DNA of 64,000 nt from Planctomycetota bacterium (GCA_965228735.1 OZ245838.1:5664001-5728000), one strand, 5' to 3'. Shown: positions 47,341 to 57,787, counted from the stretch's first letter. Numbers and translations are program-made. The notes: generated by a model from the sequence alone, not told the origin.

Positions 47341-48528
47341 TCAGTCTCGGAGAGAACGGATCATGATCAGCAGGGTTTGTCGCCGCCCCTGGGCGAACTG
47401 GTTGGGGCAGTACGCGCACAGCGCACGGAGCTTTCGCAGGCGAGGCAGGTCGGCCGGCTTCAATGCGGCAAACAGCGAGCCCTTCACTGCCTCGAGCCCG
47501 AACCCCAGCGACTGCTCGAGTGCGTCGAAGAGTTCGGCCTTCTCGTCGTCGCCGATGTCTTTGCCGTTGGCGACTGCGTCATCGGCGAGAAAGCCCTCGC
47601 GCGTTAGCCACTGGATCGCCGGCGTCTTCAGACCATGGAACCGTTGTACGAACTCGGCGTCGTTGGTGATCTCGAATCCGTGCTTGTTGTCCTCCGTCGT
47701 TCCTTCGCGCAGGTACTGGGTGGAGCCGTCGATCTGCTCACGCACTTGCGGATTGGCCTCTTCGAGTGAACCCAGCCACGCCAACGCATCGCGCCCCATC
47801 GTCTCGGTCACGGCGAACACCATCGCGCGCCGCACGTCGACGTCCTCTTCTTTCTCGAATGCGGCCTTGGTCGCGGCCAGCGAGCCCTTGTCGATCAACG
47901 TTCCGAGTGCGAGGTACAGCGACGCGCGCACTCGTGAGTCCTTCTCGCTCTTCAGCACGTCGCGTATTCGGGTAGCACTGTTGTCCACGGTCGCTTCGCG
48001 CGAGAGGTATGTCGCCCAGAATCTCCGCCGCGAGACGTCGTCGTGATCCAGGCCCGCGACCGCGAACTGCTCGCCCCAGCTGCCTGACGCCATGGTCCCG
48101 TAGGCGATCGCGGAGTCCACGAACCCGTCGGTGCCGGGAACGACGACTTCGGTCAACTCCTTCAGGTAGTCCCTGCCCACGTCGGGGCGATGCAGGAGCA
48201 GGTTGAAACAGAGCAGGGCGTCGGTCCGGCCGGGTTTCTCGAGTTTGCCGGTCGATCGTCGGAGTCGATACATCGCCACCTCCGCGTCGACGAGTTCCGG
48301 CGCGGGTTGCGTCTCTGCCAGCGTCGTGCCGTAGAAACGCAGCTGCGTCTGGTAGCGCAAGAACTCGGGTTCAACTTTCGAGAAGAGCTGTGCGGCGTCG
48401 ACCTCGATGCCGTAGTGGGCAACGAGCGGGTGTTGCTCCGGGGGCGGATTCTCGTCCTGCGAAGCGACCGTGGTCGCGGCCCAGGAGCAGCACAACACCA
48501 GGCGAAACAGCAACTCGCATGCAGTCAT
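47341..48528 (-). CDS. Secreted hypothetical protein with a HEAT-like helical segment
   Basis: Signal ..TTVASQ with gagga SD upstream. EKDSRVRASLYLALG / EEDVDVRRAMVFAV. More A/T-ending codons than neighbouring genes. Confidence 0.7.
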   Translation of the reverse strand: MTACELLFRLVLCCSWAATTVASQDENPPPEQHPLVAHYGIEVDAAQLFSKVEPEFLRYQTQLRFYGTTLAETQPAPELVDAEVAMYRLRRSTGKLEKPGRTDALLCFNLLLHRPDVGRDYLKELTEVVVPGTDGFVDSAIAYGTMASGSWGEQFAVAGLDHDDVSRRRFWATYLSREATVDNSATRIRDVLKSEKDSRVRASLYLALGTLIDKGSLAATKAAFEKEEDVDVRRAMVFAVTETMGRDALAWLGSLEEANPQVREQIDGSTQYLREGTTEDNKHGFEITNDAEFVQRFHGLKTPAIQWLTREGFLADDAVANGKDIGDDEKAELFDALEQSLGFGLEAVKGSLFAALKPADLPRLRKLRALCAYCPNQFAQGRRQTLLIMIRSLRD

Positions 48529-48818
48529 CGTTCCTCGCAGTTGATCAACCTGAACGTGTGGGTTGGCCTCAGTGCAGTGCGAGGCCTCGTCCCGCCACGA
48601 GCGCCCAACTCTAACTCTCCGTGACGCCTGATGGGGTTGCGGGCTAGTGGGGTGTCGCCGAAGTTCGGATTCGAAGTCCGTGCTAGCTGCTCCGGCAGGA
48701 TCCGTGCGGCGCCATCAATGTCGCATGCCCGTATCTTCGGTGTGTGGCACGATCGGGTTGAAGGTCCCCCACGAGCCTCGCGGTATGGTCGCCCGTCCAT
48801 CCCCTCTCGGAGCTGCCG

Positions 48819-51800
48819 ATGACCCACCGCCTCGCCCTCGCCGTTCTCCCGGTCGTCTTGTCTGTCGCTGCCTACACGCAAGAACCCGCCGCCGCGTCGC
48901 CCGCTGGTGAGTCGGCGAACGCGCTGCCCGGCTTCGACGAACTGCGCTATCGCTGCATCGGTCCGACACGCGGCGGGCGTGTGACGGCGGTCGCGGGCGT
49001 CGAGCAGATCCGTGGCACCTACTACATGGGCGCGACGGGCGGCGGGGTCTGGAAGACGGAGAACTTCGGACACACCTGGCGCAACGTCTCGGACGGCTTC
49101 TTCTCGACGCCTTCGATCGGCGCGATCCGCGTCGCGCTCAGCGACCCGGACCTGGTCTGGGTCGGCACCGGATCGGACGGTCTGCGCAGCAACGTGATCC
49201 CGGGGCGCGGGATCTACAAGTCGGCGGACGCGGGCAAGACGTGGGAGTTCATGGGGCTCGAGGCGACGTGCCACATCGGCGCCGTCGAGATCCATCCGAC
49301 CGAGCCCGACATCGTCTTCGTCGCTGCGATCGGCAACGCGTTCAAGGCCAACGAGGAACGCGGCGTCTATCGCACGAAGGACGGCGGCAAGACGTGGGAC
49401 CGCGTCTTCGCGATCTCGGACACGTGCGGCTGCGCGGACGTCGAGTTCCACCCGGCCGATCCGAACACGATCTACGCCTCGATGTGGGAGGCCGAGCGCA
49501 AGCCGTGGACGATCGTGAGCGGCGGCGAGCAGGGCGGGGTGTGGCGCAGTCGTGACGGCGGCGACACCTGGCAGAAGCTCGAAGGCGGTTTGCCGACCGG
49601 CGTCGTCGGCAAGTCCGACCTCGCGGTCTCGCGCGCCGAGCCGGATCGGCTCTGGGTGCTCATGGAGGCCGCGGACAAGCCTGGCGTGTATCGCTCGGAT
49701 GACGCGGGCGCGACGTTCGAGCACGTCTCGGACAACCGCAGCCTGTTGTTGCGGCCGTTCTACTACTGCAACATCGACTGCGATCCGTCGGACGCCGATC
49801 ACCTGTTCGTCGCGGCGACGGGCTACAGCGAGTCGACCGATGGCGGCAAGAAGTGGCGTCGACGCTTCACGCCGCACGGTGACAACCACGAGGTGTGGAT
49901 CGACCCCAACGACCCGAAGGTCATGGTGCAGTGCAACGACGGCGGCGCCAACGTGACGATCGACGGCGGCGCGACGTGGTCGACGCAGCACAACCAGCCG
50001 ACGGCCGAGCTCTACCAGGTCGCCGTCGACGATCGCTTCCCCTACTGGGTCTACGCGGGGCAGCAGGACAACAGCACGATCCGCGTGCCGAGCAACCCGC
50101 CCGGCCCGGCGACCGGTGGCGCGACGGCCTTCTGGGAGTCGGTCGGCGGCTGCGAGACGGGGCCGGTCGTGCCCAAGCCCGGTGATCCCGACATCGTCTA
50201 CGCCAACTGCAAGGGGCGTTTCGGGGTCTACAACCACCGCACGGGGCAAGAACGGCAGTACTACGTCGGCGCGTCGAATCTCTACGGCCACAACCCGCGT
50301 GACCTGAAGTTCCGCTTCCAGCGCGTGGCGCCGATCACGGTCTCGCCGCACGACCCGAACGTCGTCTACCACGGCTCGCAGTACCTGCACCGCACGACGG
50401 ACGGCGGCGAGAACTGGGCGACGATCTCGCCCGACCTCACGGCGTTCGAAGCGGACAAGCAGGTGATCTCGGGCAGTCCGATCACGCGCGACATCACGGG
50501 CGAGGAGTACTACTCGACGCTCTACGAGATCGCGGAGTCGGCCGTGAAGCCCGGCCTGATCTGGACCGGTGCGAACGACGGGCCGATCCATGTCACGGAG
50601 GACGGCGGCACGACGTGGCGCAACGTCACCCCCGACATGCCGTCGGGCGGGCGCGTGCAGACGATCGAGCCGTCGGCGCACGACGCGTCGACCGCGTATG
50701 CCTGCGTCCTCCGCTACCAGCTCGGCGACCCGTCGCCGCACGTCTACAAGACGACCAACCTCGGCAAGACGTGGACCCGCATCCACGACGGCCTGCCCGA
50801 GAACTGCCCCGTGCGCGTGCTGCGCGAGGACCCGCTCGACGAGAACGTGCTGTTCCTCGGCACCGAGTGGGGGATGTACGTGTCGCTCGACGCCGGCGGC
50901 TCGTGGCTGCCGTTCCAGCAGAACCTGCCCGTCACGCCGGTCACCGACATCGTCGTTCATCGCGACGATCTGGTGCTGTCGACGATGGGACGGTCGTTCT
51001 GGGTGCTAGACGACATCTCGGCCGTGCGCGGGCTGCGGCGCGCTGCAGAGGGTGCGGTCGCGTTGCTCGCTCCCCGCACCGCGATCCGGACCCGCATGCG
51101 TGGCCGCGGTGGCGATCGCGCGCCGAGCTACGGCGGCACGGGTGCGATCGTGCACTACGTGTTGCCCGCGGCCGCCGAGGACCTGCGGCTCGAGATCTAC
51201 AGCCTCGCGGGCAACGAACCCGAGCTCGTGCAGAAGATCGAGGGGCGCCGTTCGCAGCCGCGGACCGAACGCGACCAGGGGATGCGCGGCCCGTTCCGGC
51301 GGCAGCGCGGTGGTGGCGGCCTCGACGCTTCGGCCGGGCTGCATCGCTACACGTGGAATCTCCGTGGCAATGGGGTGCGCGGCACCGGACCGCTCGTGTT
51401 GCCCGGCGAGTACGAGCTGCGCCTCGTGCACGCGGGCGGCGAGGCGCGGCAGCTGCTGACCGTCGAGCTCGATCCGCGCGTCAAGGCAGCCGGCATCACC
51501 AACGCGGACCTGCAGGCCCAGGCCGATCTCATCCTGCGCGTGCAGCGCGCCCGCCAGCGCGCCGACGCGGTCGTGAGCAAGGCGCGCCAGATCATCAAGG
51601 AGCCGACGGACGAGGTGACGCACTCGCGCGTCGACCGCGTGCTCGAACGACTCGTCGACGAGCGCGTGACCTACCCGCAGCCGATGGTCGTCTCGCAGCT
51701 GCGCTACCTGAGCTCGATGATCGACCGCGCCGACCAGCGCCCCGGCCGCGACGCGTTCGAACGCCTGGCCGAACTCGAGGCCGCGATCGAGGCGTGCGAG

Positions 51801-51833
51801 AAGGAGCTGGAGCAGATCGCCGGCGAGCGGTGA
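48819..51833 (+). CDS. BNR/Asp-box (VPS10/sortilin-like) glycosyl-hydrolase-type beta-propeller protein
   Basis: YRCIGPTRGGRV, repeated S/TxDGGxTW Asp-boxes, HGDNH, NDGG, QQDN, C-terminal PGEY and a helical tail. Confidence 0.9.
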   Translation: MTHRLALAVLPVVLSVAAYTQEPAAASPAGESANALPGFDELRYRCIGPTRGGRVTAVAGVEQIRGTYYMGATGGGVWKTENFGHTWRNVSDGFFSTPSIGAIRVALSDPDLVWVGTGSDGLRSNVIPGRGIYKSADAGKTWEFMGLEATCHIGAVEIHPTEPDIVFVAAIGNAFKANEERGVYRTKDGGKTWDRVFAISDTCGCADVEFHPADPNTIYASMWEAERKPWTIVSGGEQGGVWRSRDGGDTWQKLEGGLPTGVVGKSDLAVSRAEPDRLWVLMEAADKPGVYRSDDAGATFEHVSDNRSLLLRPFYYCNIDCDPSDADHLFVAATGYSESTDGGKKWRRRFTPHGDNHEVWIDPNDPKVMVQCNDGGANVTIDGGATWSTQHNQPTAELYQVAVDDRFPYWVYAGQQDNSTIRVPSNPPGPATGGATAFWESVGGCETGPVVPKPGDPDIVYANCKGRFGVYNHRTGQERQYYVGASNLYGHNPRDLKFRFQRVAPITVSPHDPNVVYHGSQYLHRTTDGGENWATISPDLTAFEADKQVISGSPITRDITGEEYYSTLYEIAESAVKPGLIWTGANDGPIHVTEDGGTTWRNVTPDMPSGGRVQTIEPSAHDASTAYACVLRYQLGDPSPHVYKTTNLGKTWTRIHDGLPENCPVRVLREDPLDENVLFLGTEWGMYVSLDAGGSWLPFQQNLPVTPVTDIVVHRDDLVLSTMGRSFWVLDDISAVRGLRRAAEGAVALLAPRTAIRTRMRGRGGDRAPSYGGTGAIVHYVLPAAAEDLRLEIYSLAGNEPELVQKIEGRRSQPRTERDQGMRGPFRRQRGGGGLDASAGLHRYTWNLRGNGVRGTGPLVLPGEYELRLVHAGGEARQLLTVELDPRVKAAGITNADLQAQADLILRVQRARQRADAVVSKARQIIKEPTDEVTHSRVDRVLERLVDERVTYPQPMVVSQLRYLSSMIDRADQRPGRDAFERLAELEAAIEACEKELEQIAGER

Positions 51834-51852
51834 GGCGGCGTGCCGCGGTCGT

Positions 51853-53547
51853 TCAGCGGTCGCGGATGACGAGCTCGATCTCGAGAATCTCGCCGTCCCG
51901 AGCGCGGCCGTCGTGCGCACCGTTGCCGTTCATTCCGGAGACGACGTAGCGGCCGGGCGGCAGTCCGCGAACGACGAAGCGACCCTCGCGGTTGGCGGCC
52001 ATGACGAGGTGTGTCGTTCTTCCATGCAGATCACGGATCTGCACGGGACGCCCCGGACGCGGCTGCCCGAGTTCGTCGCGCACGACGCCTCGGATCGTTG
52101 CGCCGGGTCCGAGTTCGTGCTGGCCGAGATCGATCACCGACTCGCCGGGCGCGGGCTGGCCCATCGTGGCGTCGATCCGAGCGAAGTGTCGCGAGCCCCA
52201 GGCCACGATTTCGAGCTCGGTCGGGAGCGTGACCCTGAGGCCGTGGACCCGGGCGATGCCATCGAGGCCGGTGATCCCCCGGCCGATACTGGCGCCGGAG
52301 TCTGCGCGCCGAAGATCGACGAGGACGCCGGCGACCGGAGTGTTGGCTAGATCGTGGAGCCGGATCGATACGCTGCGCCCGGGCGCGACGCGCGCTTGCC
52401 ACACGGTGTCGCTGTCGTGACGCCCCACGAGCCAGGGTGAGAGCGGTTCGCGACCTTCGATCACGGCCGTGCTGCTGACGGCTCGCACCGCGAAGAGGTC
52501 CGTTGGTCCTACCGGCGACTGGAGCGTGAACTCGCCCCGTTCGTTCGTCGTCGCGAGGCTGCGGCGCGCGTTGTTCATGGGCGCGACCTGCAGGGACTCC
52601 GCAAGCATCTCGAGGCTTGCGACTGGCCGGCCGTCGCGGTCCACGAGCCGGCCACGGATCGTGGCGTCGGGATCGCCGATCCGGAAGCTGCAGTTGCCGA
52701 GCGTGCCGGACGACGGCCACGAGTGTTCGCTCGGCCACACGTGAGCCCCGACGAGTCGGACTCGGACGTGCAATGACTTCGCGCCGGGCCACGTCGGCAC
52801 CTGCCAGCGACCAGCCGCGACGGGGCGCGGGCGGCGCAGTTCCGCCGGCAGCGGCACGCGGGACAGCGGCTCGAATGCCGCCACCTCGAGCACCGCGGCG
52901 GCGCGCTCCGCCGCGGTCCCACCGCGAAGCTCGACGGTCGACCACTCGGCGTCGTCACGCGTGAGTCGGAGATCGAGCGTGACGTCCGTCGGGTCGCGAA
53001 TCTCGCTGAGGTGGGCAGCGTCCTGCACCCGGCCGGTCCAGGCGGTGACCTGAATCGCGCCGAGGGGCGCGTGGGTGAGCGAATACTCGCCGTTCGCGTT
53101 CGTGCGGGTCTCGCAGTGCGCCGCGCCGAGTTGCGAGTTGCGCCGGCACCTTGCGGCGACCCAGGCCCCGGCAATCGGCGCGCCCGCCGCATCGCGGACG
53201 ACACCCTGGATCCTGCGCGCGGGCATCGTGCGCACCTGTGCGAACCCGCGTCGCGTGCCCCAGAGGTCGACCGCGAGAGCACCGATGTTCGGAGCGTCGG
53301 TCGTCGCCTGCACGACGACGTGCTCGGCCGGCACGCGCGGGAACACGAAGATACCGTTGCCGTCGCTGCGCGTGCGCGCGACGACGAGGCCGTCGTGCTC
53401 GACGACGACTTCGGCGTTGGCGACGGGTTCGTGGACCGGGTCGATGACCTGGCCCTCGAGTCGTGACGTCATCGGGGCGGCCTGGGCACCGACGGACCCG
53501 GCGACGGCGGCCAGGGCACTCAGCGCAACGAGCACCAGCGACTTCAT
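51853..53547 (-). CDS. Secreted carboxypeptidase-regulatory-like domain protein (tandem paralog 2)
   Basis: Signal ..SVGAQ. GQVIDPVHEPVANAEV, RSDGNG, GVVRDAAGAPIAGAWV, GLPPGRY. Confidence 0.85.
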   Translation of the reverse strand: MKSLVLVALSALAAVAGSVGAQAAPMTSRLEGQVIDPVHEPVANAEVVVEHDGLVVARTRSDGNGIFVFPRVPAEHVVVQATTDAPNIGALAVDLWGTRRGFAQVRTMPARRIQGVVRDAAGAPIAGAWVAARCRRNSQLGAAHCETRTNANGEYSLTHAPLGAIQVTAWTGRVQDAAHLSEIRDPTDVTLDLRLTRDDAEWSTVELRGGTAAERAAAVLEVAAFEPLSRVPLPAELRRPRPVAAGRWQVPTWPGAKSLHVRVRLVGAHVWPSEHSWPSSGTLGNCSFRIGDPDATIRGRLVDRDGRPVASLEMLAESLQVAPMNNARRSLATTNERGEFTLQSPVGPTDLFAVRAVSSTAVIEGREPLSPWLVGRHDSDTVWQARVAPGRSVSIRLHDLANTPVAGVLVDLRRADSGASIGRGITGLDGIARVHGLRVTLPTELEIVAWGSRHFARIDATMGQPAPGESVIDLGQHELGPGATIRGVVRDELGQPRPGRPVQIRDLHGRTTHLVMAANREGRFVVRGLPPGRYVVSGMNGNGAHDGRARDGEILEIELVIRDR

Positions 53548-53561
53548 GATCGTTCCCTGGC

Positions 53562-55256
53562 TCAGCGCGGCGCGACGTCGAGCTCGACTTCGGTCGTCAG
53601 ACCGCTCTCGACGCTGACCCTGTGATTGGTCGTGCGGGTCGTTCGGGAGTGCAGCGCGGTGACGACGTAGTTGCCCGGTTGGAGTCCGCGGGCCCGGAAT
53701 CGCCCGTTGCGGTTGGGTACGAGAGCGAGCGATTCGCGCCCGAACTGTGAGACGTAGACGTAGAGTCCCGTTACCGGCTCACCGCCCTTGCCGAGCACCT
53801 GGCCGCTGATCTCACCAGCCGGCGCGAGCCTGCGCTTGCCGAGATCGACCAGGCCTTCCCCTTGCGCGAAGAGGCGCATCTGCGCGTGGCCGCCGGGCCC
53901 GGCAGCGTCGAATACGAGTACGGTGGGCAGGTCGAGGGCCAGGCTCGCGATGTCCACGTGGCCGTTGAGCCGCGCCACGCCGCTGCCGATGTGCAGGCGC
54001 CCATTGGGTTGACCCCGTTCCGGTTGATGACTCACGTGGGTCAGGGTGCCGACGGCGGGATACCCGTCCGCGTCCTCGAGCTGCAGCCGCAGTCGGACTG
54101 CGGGCAGGGCGTCGAGGCGCCAGTGCTTGTTCGCCTGGTGCTGCTGAACGAACCACGCGGCGTTCCGGTCGTTGCCGGCGAGCACGAGGTCCTCGGTGAT
54201 CGAGCGCATGGCGAACGTCTCTCCCGGATCGACGGGCGACTGCACCACGAACTGCCCGTTGGCATCCGTCGTCGCGGTCCGCCGCGCGTGGTTGACCTTC
54301 GGCGCGCGGAGCGACTGCGTCATCAGGCCGAGCCCGACGACAGGATTCCCTTCGGCGTCGAACACCGAACCCTGGATGGCGGCGTCGGCCTCGCGAACGT
54401 GGAATCGTAGGCGGACCGAGCGGCGGCCGTTCTCGACGACGTAGGCGTTGGGCCAGGTCTGGACCGCGTCGCCCTCGAGCCAGAGGTGCATGTGGTCGAT
54501 GTCGTTCCAGCCGACGAGCTCCCAATGACCGGGCCCGACGGGCTCTGGCCGCGCGAGTTCGGGCGGCAGCGGTCGCAGTTCGTCCGTGAAGAACGCCGCG
54601 ACGCGCAGCTCCGTGATCTTCAGCTGTTCTGGCGTCGCGCCCTCGAGCACGACCGTGCGGTGGATCGCCTTCCCGCGCTCGACGACACACTCCAGCTCGA
54701 CGTCGTCGTTGCTGTCGATCTCGGTGAGAAACGGCGCGCATTCGTGCTGCGTGGTCCACGCGCGCACCTGGGTGAACCCGACGCCGACGTGCGAGAGATC
54801 GAAACGCCCCTGGTCGTCGCTGCGCGTCGTGCAGTGCGCGACGGACAGGTCGTGGGCGACCATCGGCGATGCGCCGACCCAGGCGTTCGCGACCGGCGCG
54901 CCGGCGTCGTCGCGCACGACGCCGGTGATGCGTCGCGCGGGCATCGTGCGCAGCTCTGCGTAGGTGCGGCTCTGGCCCCAGAGATCGATGACCTGCGCGC
55001 CGATCTGCGGGCCATCGGCTTTCGCGGTGACGAGCACGTAGCGCGCCGGCACTCGCGGCAGCACGAACGTGCCGTTGCCGTCGCTGCGCGTCCGCGCGGC
55101 GACGACGCCATCGTACTCGACGATGATTTCGGCGTTGCCGACCGGCTCGTGGAGCGGGTCGACGACGTGGCCTTCGAGCCGGGCCGTGGGAACGGAGATC
55201 TGCGCCGGCGCAGCGAACGCCAGCAACAGCGACACGAGAGGGGTCAGCGGTCGCAT
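53562..55256 (-). CDS. Secreted carboxypeptidase-regulatory-like domain protein (tandem paralog 1)
   Basis: Signal ..AAPAQ. GHVVDPLHEPVGNAEI, RSDGNG, GVVRDDAGAPVANAWV, GLQPGNY. Confidence 0.85.
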   Translation of the reverse strand: MRPLTPLVSLLLAFAAPAQISVPTARLEGHVVDPLHEPVGNAEIIVEYDGVVAARTRSDGNGTFVLPRVPARYVLVTAKADGPQIGAQVIDLWGQSRTYAELRTMPARRITGVVRDDAGAPVANAWVGASPMVAHDLSVAHCTTRSDDQGRFDLSHVGVGFTQVRAWTTQHECAPFLTEIDSNDDVELECVVERGKAIHRTVVLEGATPEQLKITELRVAAFFTDELRPLPPELARPEPVGPGHWELVGWNDIDHMHLWLEGDAVQTWPNAYVVENGRRSVRLRFHVREADAAIQGSVFDAEGNPVVGLGLMTQSLRAPKVNHARRTATTDANGQFVVQSPVDPGETFAMRSITEDLVLAGNDRNAAWFVQQHQANKHWRLDALPAVRLRLQLEDADGYPAVGTLTHVSHQPERGQPNGRLHIGSGVARLNGHVDIASLALDLPTVLVFDAAGPGGHAQMRLFAQGEGLVDLGKRRLAPAGEISGQVLGKGGEPVTGLYVYVSQFGRESLALVPNRNGRFRARGLQPGNYVVTALHSRTTRTTNHRVSVESGLTTEVELDVAPR

Positions 55257-55298
55257 GACCCGATGGTATCGAAAATCGCGCGCCCGTGTGGGCGGAGC

Positions 55299-55910
55299 CT
55301 ACTTCGACGAGTTTTTCGGACTCGGCTTCGGCTCGGGCAGGCGGATCCGGCCCTGGAGCGTCGGGTGCTTCGCTTCCAGCGGCTGGTGTTCGCTCTGCTT
55401 TGGCGCGGTCGGTTGGGGTTGGGTCGCGGGCTCGGCCTCGGGCGCGTTGGTCTCGGGCAGGGCGATGTCACCCATGATCTCCATCTCGCCAAGGAGGATG
55501 GGCGACTCTGGCGGCGAGTCGGGTTGGCTCGTCCCCGGGTCGACGGTCTCGGTCACGGGATCGTTCGCGCCGCTGCGGCAGCCGATGAACGCAAACACCG
55601 CGGTCACCATCGCCACGACGCGCGACGCGGCGCGCCGGAGCCGCACGCGCAGTCCGACCGGGCAATCGCGCGTCAGCACCGTGCCGTCCGCGCGGCGACG
55701 GTAGCGCCCGCAGAGGCGTTCGCCGGTCACCTTGCTGCCCTGCACGAGCTCGGCGGCTTCGGTGCGGGTCAGCGCGGAGAAGTCGTAGACGTGGAGCGAG
55801 CACTGCTCGCAGAAGCGGCGGCGATCGTCGCCGGCCATCTCGTTCCAGTCGGCGGAGCAGGGACTGCTGACCTCGATGTCATCGAGCCATGCGTCGGTTT
55901 GGCGTTCCAT
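55299..55910 (-). CDS. Hypothetical protein with a Cys-rich N-terminal domain, one hydrophobic helix and a disordered tail
   Basis: SPCSADWNEMAGDDRRRFCEQCSLHVYDFS..LCGRYRRRADGTVLTRDCP, then VVAMVTAVFAFIGC. Confidence 0.8.
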   Translation of the reverse strand: MERQTDAWLDDIEVSSPCSADWNEMAGDDRRRFCEQCSLHVYDFSALTRTEAAELVQGSKVTGERLCGRYRRRADGTVLTRDCPVGLRVRLRRAASRVVAMVTAVFAFIGCRSGANDPVTETVDPGTSQPDSPPESPILLGEMEIMGDIALPETNAPEAEPATQPQPTAPKQSEHQPLEAKHPTLQGRIRLPEPKPSPKNSSK

Positions 55911-55967
55911 CACCGCGCCTTCGACGCGCCTTCGCCGGGCTGGTTCCCGAAGAACTGGGTTCGGGTC

Positions 55968-56801
55968 TCAGCTCGGCATCGTGGATGGCGGCGTGAGCAG
56001 GACCTCGTCGCAGCCGGCCGGGTCGTCGAGGGCCAGCCCATCGACGGTTTCGAGGAAGCCCGCGGTGTGCATCGCGCAGAACGCCTCGCACGCGGTAGCG
56101 CCCGGCGCGAGCGCCGCGTGCGACCGACCGAGGGCGTCGACGAGGTAGGCGTAGTCGAGGAACTCGAACTGCGACGCGTAGAGCCGGATCAGTTCGATCT
56201 TCTCCGCGAGTTGTTCGGAGATGTCGACGACGAGTCCGGGCGGCACGAACGACCAGACCTCGTAGCCGCACACGGTCGGCGTGCGGCCGGTCTGCCGCAG
56301 CGCGTCGGCGAGCAGCAGATTGGTGTAGCGGTGGTCCTCGTGCTGGTCCGCGACCCACGGCAGGAAGACGCCGTCGGGGTCGAAGTCGTCGAGTTGCGCA
56401 ACCACCTGCGCGGTGAGCTCGGCGCGCCGCGCGGGGTCGCGGAACTGCCGTTCGGGGCAGCCGAGGATCGTCGGCGATGCGAGCCCGAGCCGCTTGGCGA
56501 CGGCTTCCGCTTCCTGCCGGCGAACCTCGGCGAAGTGCGCATCGCGCTCGGGTTCGCCGACCGCGCTGCCGTCCGTGATGTAGCACAGGCGCACCTGCCG
56601 GCCGGCCGCGATCAGCTTCTGCACGGTGCCGCCGCAGCCGATCTCGATGTCGTCGGGATGGGGCGCGAGGAACAGCGACCGCTCGAAGTCGGGGAACTCG
56701 ACGACGCGGCGGTTCACGAAGTGACGCAGCACGGAACGCGCGCCGGCGACCAGGCCGTGCGTTCGTGCTATGCGTTCTGATCTCGATGGTTGATCACTCA
56801 T
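55968..56801 (-). CDS. PIG-L/LmbE family N-deacetylase
   Basis: APHPDDIEIGCGG, TDG, RRQEA, DQHEDH, YASQ. ATGA overlap with the upstream GNAT gene. Confidence 0.9.
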   Translation of the reverse strand: MSDQPSRSERIARTHGLVAGARSVLRHFVNRRVVEFPDFERSLFLAPHPDDIEIGCGGTVQKLIAAGRQVRLCYITDGSAVGEPERDAHFAEVRRQEAEAVAKRLGLASPTILGCPERQFRDPARRAELTAQVVAQLDDFDPDGVFLPWVADQHEDHRYTNLLLADALRQTGRTPTVCGYEVWSFVPPGLVVDISEQLAEKIELIRLYASQFEFLDYAYLVDALGRSHAALAPGATACEAFCAMHTAGFLETVDGLALDDPAGCDEVLLTPPSTMPS

Positions 56802-57787
56802 CCGGCACTCCCGATGCGAAAGAGGAAGTCCCCGTCGCCGGGCGTGAAGTGCCAATCGAGCGGGTCGACCTCGGCGTCGCGCAGCAGCACGACGGGTTCG
56901 AGCAGGTTCTGCGGCACCGCGCTGAAGCCGAGCTCGGTCATGAGCGGCTTGATCGCGGCGCGCCGTTCGAGACCGAACAGCGCCTCGAGCCGTTGCTGGT
57001 GCGTCACGGTGACGAGCGCTCCGAGGAGTGCGCGGGCGGTGGCGACGTCCGCCGGTTCGGTCATCAATTCCGCGATGTAGGCCTGCGGCTCGGTCGGCGA
57101 GAACGTCAGGACCGCGAGGCCGCGGAGCGTGTCGCCGTCGAACGCGCCGAACGCTTCGTGGCGGATGAACGGATCGCGCAGGTAGCGCCAGTCGAGGTAG
57201 GCGGCGTCGCGCACGGTGACGAAGCGGTGGTGGTTGTTGATTCGCGTTGCGAGGTCGTCGCATTCGCTGCCGAACGACTCGAGCCTGCGGACCTCGACCG
57301 CCGGGTCGCCGGGATCGCCTGGTGCGAGGTTGCCGGGACGGGCGAAGAGCGCCGCTTCGGCCGCTGCGTTGACGACACCCGCGCCGCGTTCCTTCATCAG
57401 CGCGGTTGTCGGCGCGGTCGGCGACGTGATGAAGCGGAAGCGCGAACCCTCGGTGTCGACCATCGCGGCCGTCAGGCGGCGGCCGAGGCCGCGGCCGCGC
57501 ATCTCCGGCGCGACGCAGAAGTCGACCCCGCAGATCGCCGGGGTCGGGGTGCCGTCGATGGCGACCTTCGCCGGCATCATGCCGTAGGTGCCGACGAGCT
57601 TGCCGTCCAGCACGGCGACCCATGCGCTCGGCACGCCGTCGACGCGGGCCGGGTTGTCGTCGAACGCCCAGCTGCGGCGGATGCCCTCGCGCTGCATGTC
57701 GAGGCCGTCGAAGCAGCGCGCGCGCAGTTCGAGCAGCGCGCCGAGATCGTCGGGGGCGAACGGGCGGATGGTCTCGGTCGCGGTCAT
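56798..57787 (-). CDS. GNAT family N-acetyltransferase (tandem GNAT fold)
   Basis: DFCVAPEMRGRGLGRRL acetyl-CoA motif A, and RDAAYLDWRY..P. Confidence 0.85.
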   Translation of the reverse strand: MTATETIRPFAPDDLGALLELRARCFDGLDMQREGIRRSWAFDDNPARVDGVPSAWVAVLDGKLVGTYGMMPAKVAIDGTPTPAICGVDFCVAPEMRGRGLGRRLTAAMVDTEGSRFRFITSPTAPTTALMKERGAGVVNAAAEAALFARPGNLAPGDPGDPAVEVRRLESFGSECDDLATRINNHHRFVTVRDAAYLDWRYLRDPFIRHEAFGAFDGDTLRGLAVLTFSPTEPQAYIAELMTEPADVATARALLGALVTVTHQQRLEALFGLERRAAIKPLMTELGFSAVPQNLLEPVVLLRDAEVDPLDWHFTPGDGDFLFRIGSAG

